Below, one piece after another: positions 12,601 to 24,600 of a stretch of 64,000 nt of DNA. Origin of the DNA: Nemertoderma westbladi. Its lineage: Eukaryota; Animalia; Xenacoelomorpha. The notes under the pieces are model-generated. The model had not been told where the DNA came from. It was given only the letters and a program-made list of their open reading frames with translations, and did no database searches. A program made the translations under genes and the position numbers. Position 1 is the first letter of the stretch; each line of letters starts with the position of its first letter. Location of the stretch: contig JAUCBJ010006766.1 in NCBI GenBank assembly GCA_032718475.1, positions 62,001-126,000 of the forward strand, read 5' to 3'.

Positions 12601-15600
12601 ACCTTCGGCTAGCAGATTGGGGTAGCGCCCACCCCTACCTTCGGGTAGCAGATAGGAGTAGCGCCCACCACTACTATCGGGTAGCAGATTGGGGTAGCGC
12701 CCACCCCTACCTTCGGGTAGCAGATTGGGGTAGCGCCCACCCCTACCTTCGGGTATCAGATAGGAGTAGCGCCCACCCCTACCTTCGGGTAGCAGATGAG
12801 TAGCGCCCACCAATACCTTCGGGTAGCAGATAGGAGTAGCGTCTACCCCAACTTTCGGGTAGCAGATAGGGGTAGAGCCCACTCCTACTATCGGGTAGCA
12901 GATAGGGGTAGCGCCCACCCCTACCTTCGGCTAGCAGATTGGGGTAGCGCTCACCCCTACCTTCGGGTAGCAGATGAGTAGCGCCCACCAATACCTTCGG
13001 GTAGCAGATAGGAGTAGCGTCTACCCCAACTTTCGGGTAGCCGATAGGGGTAGAGCCCACCCCTACCTTCGGCTAGCAGATTGGGGAAGCGCTCACCCCT
13101 ACCTTCGGGTAGCAGATGAGTAGCGCCCACCAATACCTTCGGGTAGCAGATAGGAGTAGCGTCCACCCCTACCTTCGGATAGCAGATAGTAGCGCCCACC
13201 CCAACTTTCGGGTAGCAGATATGAGTAGCGTCCACCCGTACCTTCGCGTATCAGATAGGGGTAGCGCCCACCCCTACTTTCGGGTAGCAGATAGGAGTAG
13301 CGCCTACCCCTACAATCGGATAGCAGATAGGAGTAGCGCCCACCCCTACCTTCTGGTAGCAGATAGGGGTAGCGCCCACCCCTACTTTCGGGTAGCAGAT
13401 AGGAGTAGCGCCCACCCCAACTTTCGGGTAGCAGATAGGAGTAGCGCCCAGCCCTACTTTCGGGTAGCAGAGAGTAGCGCCCACCCCTACCTTCGGGTAG
13501 CAGATAGGAGTAGCGTCTACCCCTACCTTTGTGTAGCAGATAGGAGTAGCGACCAGCCCTACCCTCGGGTAACAGATAAGAGTAGCGCCCACCCCCTTAC
13601 CTTCGGGTAGCAGATAGGAGTAGCGTCCACCCCTACCATCGGGTAGAAGATAGGAGTAGCGTCCACCCCTACCCTCAGGTAGCAGATAGTAGCGTCCACC
13701 CCTACCCTCGGGTAGCAGATAGGAGTAGCGTCCAGCCCTACCCTCGGGTAGCAGATAGGAGTAGCGTCCACCCCTATCCTTGGGTAGCAGATAGGAGTAG
13801 CGTCCACCCCTACCTTCTGGTAGCAGATAGGAGTAGCACCCACCACTACCTTCGGGTAGCATATAGGAGTAGCGTCCACCCCTACCTTCTGGTAGCAGAT
13901 AGGAGTAGCACCCACCCCTACCTTCGGGTAGCAGATAGGAGTAGCGTCCACCCCTACCTTCTGGTAGCAGATAGGAGTAGCACCCACCCCTACCTTCGGG
14001 TAGCAGATAGGAGTAGCGCCCACCCATACCTTCGGGTAGCAGATAGGAGTAGCGTCCACCCCTACCCTCGGGTAGCAGATAGGAGTAGCGTCCACCCCTA
14101 CCCTCGGGTAGCGGATAGGAGTAGCGTCCACCCCTACCTTCTGGTAGCAGATAGGAGTAGCGTCCACCCCTACTTTCGGGTAGCAGATATGGGTAGAGCC
14201 CACCCCTACCTTCGGGTAGCAGATAGGAGTAGCACCCACCCCTACCCTCGGGTAGCAGATACAAGTAGCGTCCACCCCTACCCTCGGGTAGCAGATAGGA
14301 GTAGCGTCCACCCCTAACTTCTGGTAGCAGATAGGAGTAGCGTCCACCCCTACTTTCGGGTAGCAGATAGGGGTAGAGCCCACCCCTACCTTCGGGTAGC
14401 ATATAGGAGTAGGGTCCACCCATACATTCGGGTAGCAGATAGGGGTAGAGCCCACCCCTACCTTCGGGTAGCATATAGGAGTAGCGCCCACCCCTACTAT
14501 CGGGTAGCAGATAGGAGTAGCACCCATCCCTACCTTCTGGTAGCAGATAGGAGTAGAGCCCACCCCTACCTTTGGGTAGCAGATAGGAGTAGCGCCCACC
14601 ACTACTATCGGGTAGCAGATAGCAGTAGCGCCCACCCCTACATTCTGGTAGCAGATAGGAGTAGCGTCCACCCCTACTTTCGGGTAGCAGATAGGGGTAG
14701 AGCCCACCCCTACCTTCGGGTAACATATAGGAGTAGCGTCCACCCCTACCTTCTGGTAGCAGATAGGAGTAGCACCCACCCCTACCCTCGGGTAGCAGAT
14801 AGGAGTAGCGCCTACCCCTACCCTCGGGTAGCAGATAGGAGTAGCGTCCACCCCTACCTTTGGGGTAGCATATAGGAGTAGCGCCCACCCATACCTTCTG
14901 GTAGCAGATAGGAGTAGCGTCCACCCCTACTTTCGGGTAGCAGATAGGGGTAGAGCCCACCCCTACCTTCGGGTAGCATATAGGAGTAGCGTCCACCCCT
15001 ACCTTCTGGTAGCAGATAGGAGTAGCACCCACCCCTACCCTCGGGTAGCAGATAGGAGTAGCGCCTACCCCTACCCTCGGGTAGCAGATAGGAGTAGCGT
15101 CCACCCCTACCTTCGTGTTTAGCAGCTATCGAAAGAGCAGCCTTCGGGTCGCCTCCGGCTTCGGTCGACTACTGTTTGCTTTGATCAATATGGATGGGTG
15201 ATATCAAAACCCGAAATTTTGAAAAAGATGCCTTACCTTTTTTTGTACTTCTAACGAAATTTTCAAAATATAAATATATAGTCCTCAAGTTTAATTTAAT
15301 AATATGGTGATTGAGTGGACGCATAGGGTTGGTAAAGACACATCACTTTTTTTTTAAATCTGAAAAATGACGTTCACATATTAATCATTTTTCAGATATC
15401 GCATTTTAGATGTTAAAACTATATATTCAGCAATCAAGTAGTTTAACTTCTTCATCTTGTTAATGTAAAGTTAAACACAAGCATTAATGATATGAGTTAA
15501 TACAAAAGGGTAGTACAGTCAACGATAGTAGGACTATGGGATTGGTGAATGAAATGATGAGTATAAAAATGAAAGCTCAAATTTAATTCCTAGGGTGGAT

Positions 15601-18600
15601 TGATAAAATCTACCTTTTTTGTTCAAATTAAGTTGGGTTAGTGAAAAGAGGTAATAGTCGAATTATACTAAGTTTCACAAAAATATTTCAACATTCAGAT
15701 TCCAAACTGTCTGTATAGATTTTCACCCCATTAGCTTTTTTCAAAATGTTTTTTTGGGAGCATTAAGCATTTAGCAATGAATGAAAATAGATTGATAATG
15801 AGTGTTGATAGCTAAGGTGCGTAAATAAAAAAATCAGAATAAAATAATTATTAAAAGTCTCACCTTCAATCAAAGTGTAGAATCCAGTAACTTCTTGTAA
15901 TTTAGTGAAGGTAATTTCGAAATAACTATCCCTCAAAGGATACTCTATAACAACGCCGGAACCGGATGTACTCAGATCTGAAGTCAACCCTGATGCCAGT
16001 TCAACTTCAGCGTAATCTAACCGATCACAGCAATCCCTTTCGCACTCCTCGGGGGGTGGTGTGGGAGGTGGAGTGCCTGGGGGCGGTGTTCCTGGTGGTG
16101 GAGTGCCTGGAGGTGGAGTGCCTGGGGGAGGTGTTCCTGGTGGTGGAGTGCCTGGGGGAGGTGTTCCTGGTGGAGGTGTTCCTGGTGGTGGAGTGCCTGG
16201 TGGAGGTGTTCCTGGTGGTGGGGTTCCTGGTGGAGGTGTTCCTGGTGGTGGAGTGCCTGGAGGAGGTGTTCCTGGTGGAGGTGTTCCTGGTGGAGGTGTT
16301 CCTGGTGGTGGAGTGCCTGGTGGAGGTGTTCCTGGTGGTGGGGTTCCTGGTGGAGGTGTTCCTGGTGGTGGAGTGCCTGGTGGAGGTGTTCCTGGTGGTG
16401 GAGTGCCTGGAGGAGGTGTTCCTGGTGGAGGTGTTCCTGGGGGTGGGGTGCCCGGAGGAGGTGTTCCTGGTGGTGGCGTGCCTGGAGGAGGAGTGCCTGG
16501 GGGAGGTGTTCCTGGTGGTGGAGTGCCTGGGGGAGGTGTTCCTGGTGGTGGAGTGCCTGGAGGTGGTGTGCCTGGTGGAGGTGTTCCTGGTGGTGGGGTG
16601 CCTGGAGGAGGTGTTCCAGGAGGAGGTGTTCCTGGTGGTGGAGTGCCTGGAGGAGGTGTTCCTGGTGGAGGTGTTCCTGGTGGTGGAGTGCCTGGAGGAG
16701 GTGTTCCTGGTGGAGGTGTTCCTGGTGGTGGAGTACCTGGAGGTGGTGTTCCTGGAGGTGGTGTTCCTGGTGGTGGAGTGCCTGGAGGAGGTGTTCCTGG
16801 TGGAGGTGTTCCTGGTGGTGGAGTGCCTGGAGGAGGTGTTCCTGGTGGAGGTGTTCCTGGTGGAGGTGTTCCTGGTGGTGGAGTGCCTGGTGGAGGTGTT
16901 CCTGGTGGTGGGGTTCCTGGTGGAGGTGTTCCTGGTGGTGGAGTGCCTGGAGGAGGTGTTCCTGGTGGAGGTGTTCCTGGTGGAGGTGTTCCTGGTGGTG
17001 GAGTGCCTGGTGGAGGTGTTCCTGGTGGTGGGGTTCCTGGTGGAGGTGTTCCTGGTGGTGGAGTGCCTGGTGGAGGTGTTCCTGGTGGTGGGGTTCCTGG
17101 TGGAGGTGTTCCTGGTGGTGGAGTGCCTGGTGGAGGTGTTCCTGGTGGAGGTGTTCCTGGTGGTGGTGGTCCTGTGGTGGCTGCAATATAAATGGTAATG
17201 CACTTAGGAAAAATGTTGACTTTCAAAGTGATAACTTTCAGTGTTAACACCTGCATTCTATTAAACAATTACACTTAACTAACACAATGTTTATAACTTA
17301 CGCAGCTCATAGCATCCAAGTGCGTTTACATTTAATGTCTTCTCATATAATGGACTGAACATAATCACTGTGATCTTTATACCAACAACATTATCGATAA
17401 CTTCTGGAAGTTGGACTTCGACAGTGTCCATACCAGGAGGGGGGTCAACACTGTATATCTGCATTATATAAAATGTATCTACCATTACATTAACAACACA
17501 TCACATGATCGATTCTCACATATTGTTTAACCAATAAATAATCAGCATTATAATGTGCCATCGACATCACTAACGTAACAATATGCATAACTACGGCGCT
17601 ATATACACATTTAAGAACATACCGTTACAGACTGAAGGTAAGACTGAGGTGTTAGTGGGTCTCCCTGGTGGGGTATATGAGTGGGGGGTCTATCTGAACT
17701 CAATTCGAAATACCCCTCGGAATCAACAGTCATTACAGCAATGGTCACTTGCAGTACTTGTTCTCTATCTTCCAGTTTAAAGTAAAACCTATTGGGGAAA
17801 GAAAATTGTTACTCTCAAAGTCTCAACTCAACTACCTGAAGAAGGTTTATAAGTTACTCTTTGTTCTTTGTTGCTTCTCATTTTGATTTGATTGATCATT
17901 TTATTTGTTTTTCTTGCTCAATATCTTGCTCATTATCAGTCCTTGCTTCCAATGTTGCCTGTTGTATCGCGCTTTTCTTGTTATTACTAAGTATTGATCG
18001 ATATTTCTCGTTTATTGCTCAATGTTGATTGCGGTTCCCATTATTACCTTTCGTATTTTAGCACATACGGTTAAATAATATATTTCATGACAGTTGTAAG
18101 GTTATGCTAGATAGTTCCCATTGATTATTTCATATAGAAGCTAACTTTAAATTATAAGATTAATAAAAGGTCACTTACCTGGTGAGGAAGCTGGGTGTAT
18201 CAAGATTGATAACCAATGAGGCCATATCCTCATTAGGATCCCATCCAGATCCGTCCAATGAGGCGTCTTCGATGGGGTTCCCCTTGGAGTAATAGGCGCC
18301 TACCGGTAGCGTTTCCTCGGGCTCGTCGCAGTAGTCTAAAGGGAATGACAACCATTGATAGTAGAGGCAGGAACAAAACCGTGATCGTACGAGACCGGGT
18401 GATGGGGGAGGTTCAATCCAGCTCGTACGAGACCGGGTGATGGGGGATGGGGGAGGTTCAATCCAACTCGTACGAGACCGGGTGATTGGGGATGGGGGAG
18501 GTTCAATCCAGCTCGTACGAGACCGGGTGATGGGGGATGGGGGAGGTTCAATCCAGCTCATACGAGACCGGGTGATGGGGGATGGGGGAGGTTCAATCCA

Positions 18601-21600
18601 GCTCGTACGAGACCGGGGGATGGGGAGGTTCAATCCAATCTCATAACCGTTAGAGAGTGGTTAGGTCAAGCAAAGCGTCATGGTGTTGCCATGGCAATGT
18701 ATCGAGAAGTAGTCTCGAGTTAAACGATTTTACATAAGCTATACCGGTTTTGTATATTTTTACAGGCGAACCACAACAAGAGAGAGACAGGGGGGGGGGG
18801 CAACTAGACGCAAATCCCATCTTGGCGAATTAATATCCTGCCTCAATGTTAAATTCACAATTTAGGGAAAGGAGAAGGTTATAGCGGCACGTTATTTTAA
18901 CCAAAACAATAAACTAAACACAATAGAACAGGTTGCAGTTTTATTTTTGAGAGTAATCAGCTGTTATTTCCGTCGAATTTCCCCTGGAGAGGGATGAAAT
19001 TTTATTGCGTCCAGTCCCCCCCCCCCCCCCCCCCCCCCTATCTGCAACAAGAGATATGAACTTACCGCAGTCCGATGGTTCGTCGATGCAGGACTCGCAC
19101 TGGCAGACTCCGTCGCAGACCGGTGCGCAAGCACCGTCCCCACAGAGAACCTCCCCTGGTTCACATGTTGGAGCCACCGTGGTTGGGCAATCTGGTTCAA
19201 TGAATTCCTCGCAATCACAACTGCAAAGATGATTAATTGTGTAATTGATATCCATCATAACAATAATAACAATAGGCGAGCCCGCATAGCCCTTTGCGCT
19301 TTTCGAGCTCTTGCAACTTTCACAACCCTAATTGTTAATTTTAGAAACTTATTGTTTCGTTTTTAACGGTATAAAAAATTGGAACGCTTTGCATAATGAT
19401 ATAAAAAACCTAGATAATCAACATTCTTTTAAATCTGCAGTTAAATCTCACCTCCTAATATGAAAATAGGTACAATAATGATACAGTAAGTTTATTAGGT
19501 AATTCATAATTTACTGTGTACAAGGCGTTCTAGAACTACTTGTAGTTATAGAACGCCTTGACTGTGTACAAGGCGTTCTAGAACTACTTGTAGTTATAGA
19601 ACGCCTTGACTGTGTACAAGGCGTTCTAGAACTACTTGTAGTTATAGAACGCCTTGACTGTGTACAAGGCGTTCTAGAACTACTTGTAGTTATAGAACGC
19701 CTTGACTGTGTACAAGGCGTTCTAGAACTACTTGTAGTTATAGAACGCCTTGACTGTGTACAAGGCGTTCTAGAACTACTTGTAGTTATAGAACGCCTTG
19801 ACTGTGTACTATAATTGAGCATACAATACATTAAACGCCATTTCCGCTGGCACAAGTTCGTCAAGGTTCATCAAAAATCGCGTCTCAAGTTCGTAAAGTC
19901 GCGTTAAAAGTTTGTCAACTTGTACCAAAAGACGTTTAGAAAGTTCGTAAAGTTGAGCTAAAAGTTCATCAAGTTTCATTAAAAGACTTGTCTCAAGTTC
20001 GTCAAGTCGTGTTAAAAGTTTGTCAAGTTATACCAAAAGTCGTTTAGAAAGTTCGTAAAGTTGAGCTAAAAGTTCATCAAGTTTCATTAAAAGACTTGTC
20101 ACAAGTTCGTCAAGTCGTGTTAAAAGTTTGTCAAGTTGTACCAAAAGTCTTTTCTTAAGTTCATCAAGTTACATCACAATTCCGTCAAGTCGCATCTCAA
20201 GTTCATATATTTACATCAAAAGTTGAGTCACAATTTTGGTTATTTTATAGTTTGATTTATGTGTAACTGGGTGATATACTTAGTATAAAGTGTTCTAGAA
20301 TTGGACGCTTTTGAGACGCGACTTGATGGAACTGTGATGTAACTTGATGAACCCTTTTAGTACAACTTGATGAACTTGACAAACTTTTATCGCGACTTTT
20401 GATGAAACTTGATGAACTTGTGCCAGCGAAAATGACGTTTTAGTTTTAGGTTATTGTAATGATTTTCGGTAATATTGTATTATGTAACCAAGTGACATAA
20501 AGGCAAATTTACAGTTTACCGTCACCGTCAATTCTAAACAAAAAGGAGTTTTCATACGCCCAACAACTATCATATATAATCATTTCAAATTAATTTCTCC
20601 CTCTAGGGGCATCATCAGAGACCAACAAACAAAGCAATTTTTTTGAAAAATTGCTTTGTTGGTTGGTCCCTGATGATGCCCCTAGAGGGATAAATTAATT
20701 GGAAATGATTATAAGTGATAGTTGTTGGGCGTATGAAAACTCCTTTTTGTTTAGAATTGACGGTGACGGTAAACTGTAAGTATATGTCTGGTCGCGCCCT
20801 GCAGGCGGCTTGTCGCTGTTTAAATAATTTCAATAAAGACAAAGCGCTTTTACAAAAAAAAAAGAAACGATAAATGAGATAATAACCGCATATAGTGGAG
20901 TGGTTACTATATTTCGTTACTATATATAATAATTTTATATTTTTCTCAACACGAACCTTTTCTCTCCAGTGCAGAACTCATCCACTGTAATACACTCGCA
21001 AACATCATCGCATTGGCACAGAACTTCGTCATCGGGTGTGCAAGTTGTGCAGCATTCCTCGGGACTCTCATCCGATCCGTCGCCACAATCGTCGTGTCCG
21101 TCACAAACCTAAAGTTATTGTTAAAAAATTAAATTGTCAAATGGCAAAATAATGTTGTCCTACAACAATATTATAATGTGTTTCAAAACCAAAATGTATT
21201 TCAGTTATATTGCTACTCTCAACGTCTACAGATAAGTTTTCCTGATGGAGTTTACAAGCAATCACGCAATCCAATCAAAAGCATCGTTCTTCAGCGGAAA
21301 ATCGATGCCAATAACAGCTGAATACTCTCTAAAAGAAATCTTCAGACTGTTCTATTGGAATACTTATTGTTTTCGTTAGAATATCGTACCACTGTAACCT
21401 GCTCCTTTCCCTTAATTGATAATTTTACATTGAGGCGGGATATTAACTCGACAAGATGGGATTTGCATCAAGTTTCTGCCCTGTGTCACCAAATTATGAG
21501 ATGGAAATATTAACCTTGTAAGGTGGAATACAATATCCCTTCTGTCCGTTACACGTGAACGTTGTGCTGTTACATATGTGGGGGCAATGTGCCGGATCTT

Positions 21601-24600
21601 CGTCAATAAGGATTCCTGGCTGATCGCAATCTGGAATCCCATCGCAAATCTTATCTGGAGGTAAACATTTACCCATATTCGGGCATTGCACCATCGGCCT
21701 CCGGCATTCTTCGCCTATAAGAATACAAAAATAACTATTTACTTTTTCTTCTCTAGTCTTCTCTCACTTTTATCTGGGCCCATTTCAGCATACATATCGT
21801 CCATCTAGCTTCTTCCATAGTGGAATACGGGCATTACTACACCTTGGGTGACAATAGTTTGAGCTATTTTTGACCAGGATTTTATCATGAGGTTTTTTTT
21901 TCTAGAACAAATATTTGACCTTCTGACAGTAGTATGGTATTTTTTTCCAAAAAATGTTCTCGAAAAAAATGTGTTCTAGAACAGAAATATTTATCAAAAC
22001 TGATAACTAACACTTGTTATCAGATAGGGGGGGGGGGAACTGGACGCAATAAAAATTCATCCCTCTCCAGGGGAAATTCGACGCAAATAACAGCTGATTA
22101 CTCTCAAAAAATAAAACTGTAACCTGTTATATTATGTTTAGTTTATTGTTTTGGTTAAAATAACGTGCCACTGTAACCTGCTCCTTTCCATAAATTGAGA
22201 ATTTAACATTGAGGCGGGATATTAATTCGCCAAGGCGGGTTTTGCGTCCAGTTCTCCCCCCCCCCCCCCCCCCCCCAGTCTCCTTGTTCTATAACACTTA
22301 TAAAAAAAATATAAAAAACTAGCTAGTATAAAAAATATCAATTGTGTTCTAGTACAAAAATGAATTGTTCTAGAACAAAAATATTTATCAAATCTAAAAT
22401 GTCATGGAAACATTACTTTTTTTGTTAACAAAAAAAGTATTATTTTTTTGTCAAACCAAGGACTTCTAGTACATAGTATATATTCTATGAATATATACTA
22501 TGTTCTAGAAGTCCTTGGTCAAACTTGTTAACGACTTTGTCAAAAAAAGTTACAACAAATAAAAACGTTAAGATAATTTCTTCGGAAATAACAGAATTAT
22601 TATTATATTATTATTATATGTACGGAGAAACTCTAGAGGAAAACTAAAGCACTTACAATCGTACTCGTCTGAATAATCCCAGCAGTCGTAACTTCCATCG
22701 CATATTTGGTTTTCGGAATAGCAATGAAATCCCTCGTCGCAAACACTTTGATCGGGTGCGCACGTCGGCTTAGCTACGAGATAAATCAATATAGTTATAA
22801 AAAAAATAAAAAATCAAATATTGCCATATTCTCTAAGTTGCATAAGTACTCAACAATTGTAAGTTTAATTACTTATATTTAGTTGTTTTATTTTATTTTG
22901 TTACATTATATCCACTTATCAGCGTTCTGGTCTGGTTCTCGTAACGCAGCAATGTGTACCACTTTTCAGCAGGAGCGGCGGCCTGCTATAGGACGGAACG
23001 CTGCAAAGTAATCTCTAACTTAGTAACAATAAACTTATAGAACCCGTATTGGGTGTTTTCGGTTGATGATAGACTTAAAATTATATGAATTTCAATAATA
23101 TTCCTAAACATAGTACCAGTATTAATTCATGTACCGAGACATTAGGGCCCGCATTCTGTTGCCAAACTTTCAGTACAATTAGGTCCCGCCACTCCCGCGG
23201 GAACTAGACCTAATGTCTCGGTACAATTAGGTCCCGCGGGACGTAATGGCTCGCGGGACCAAATGGCTCATGACCGATAGGATAATTTGACATAATGTAA
23301 TAAAATTACGTGCGCCAAAGTGTGAAAAGAGTGCTATTCAGCGTTTTTGACCCTTGTATACTTATGTAAATACCCCTCGCTGCGCTCGCTCGGTACAAGA
23401 TACACTTGGTTCATAACACTTAAAAATGATACTATTCACACAAAATGCGATCTAAATAGTTTTTATTACAGTTTAGAGTCACGTTGTAAGTATCTAAAAA
23501 AGTTCCGATTGGATTATTATTTATCCTTAGGGTTATTCCGAGATCGCAATTAAAACAGCCACTGCTATATTGTAATATTAACGGGATAACCCTAATTAAT
23601 AAGGGTCCACTATAAAAGTAATTCCATAAATTTATCAGATTAGAACATAATGTCTCAAAGGTTAAGGTTAAACAATTTGGTTTTTGTTGGTGACCTGTGA
23701 GATTAGAACTGTTTGACCGGAATGGGAAACAAATTTCCACCGAGATTCGAATGCCCACTAAACTTTGCAGTAGTTGAACTATACGATATGGCTAGCCGTT
23801 CTGCGCTGCATGGAGGCCCCACTGCTATTGCGTTCGTATCATAATAATGCTAACACAGTACGAGGTAATATAACCTGAAGTATATATCTTTTGGTCTACT
23901 TACTGCAGTTAGCCTCATCTACACCCAAAGCGCAGTCAATGAAACCGTCGCAGTAATAATCGAGACTGCACTCCGTGGTCGCACATTCCTGGTCCACGCA
24001 TTCGAAGTTCGCGTCGCTACAGGTACAGACCTCACAATCGAAGTAAAGCACCGTGCCCGGCGGGTACTTCTTACCCGTGGCCTCGCTGTAACAACGACAA
24101 CCCTCATCCTCGCTATTTGGGTCAACGCACTTATTTCCTACAAAATAACAAACAACAACATTTAGCAATTAATAGGTTTATTATAATTTTAAAATTTTTA
24201 TTATTCAGGTTTTGAAATTAAATTTCTTATCGGAATTACGGTTTTAAATTAAAGAGCCATACTTCGGTACTGTCTTATTGGGATTACGGAAATACGGAAA
24301 ACGCCGGATTCCTGATGACGTGCAATTCCTACATCCTGTTTACGAACACGGGGTGAGTGAGCCGTGGTCATATGAACCGCAATTGCGTGAAATGAAAAGA
24401 TGATTTAAAATTAACATGAAAATAAGTTATCTTACGAATATGGATCTCGGACTGACGATCGCTCGGCAACATCTCGGCAGGAAAATAATTGAACTATATG
24501 TTATTCATGCAATAAAGCTATACTTTATTATCTTATCTCATTGTGAGGACTGATGACTCACCATCTAATACTTGTCCAGCTGGACAGTAGCAACCTTCAA

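Noticed and set aside
11683-15104. Long ORFs in the 36-bp array (e.g. 13251-15104, 617 aa)
   Set aside because: By-products of a 3n repeat open in several frames on both strands, broken by indels; exons 34 and 35 join in phase without them.
12285-15172. Hammerhead ribozyme in the 36-bp array or SINE tail (CAGATGAG, CGAAA)
   Set aside because: Core CTGATGA is absent (CAGATGAG arises from a 2-nt deletion variant) and I cannot build the three stems.
15966-17203. Alternative frames of the 15-bp repeat (GGGVP elastin-like, His/Gln-rich, Thr/Arg-rich, Val/Glu-rich)
   Set aside because: Only the minus-strand GTPPP frame has splice sites and phase continuity with neighbouring exons; GGGVP is its antisense mirror.
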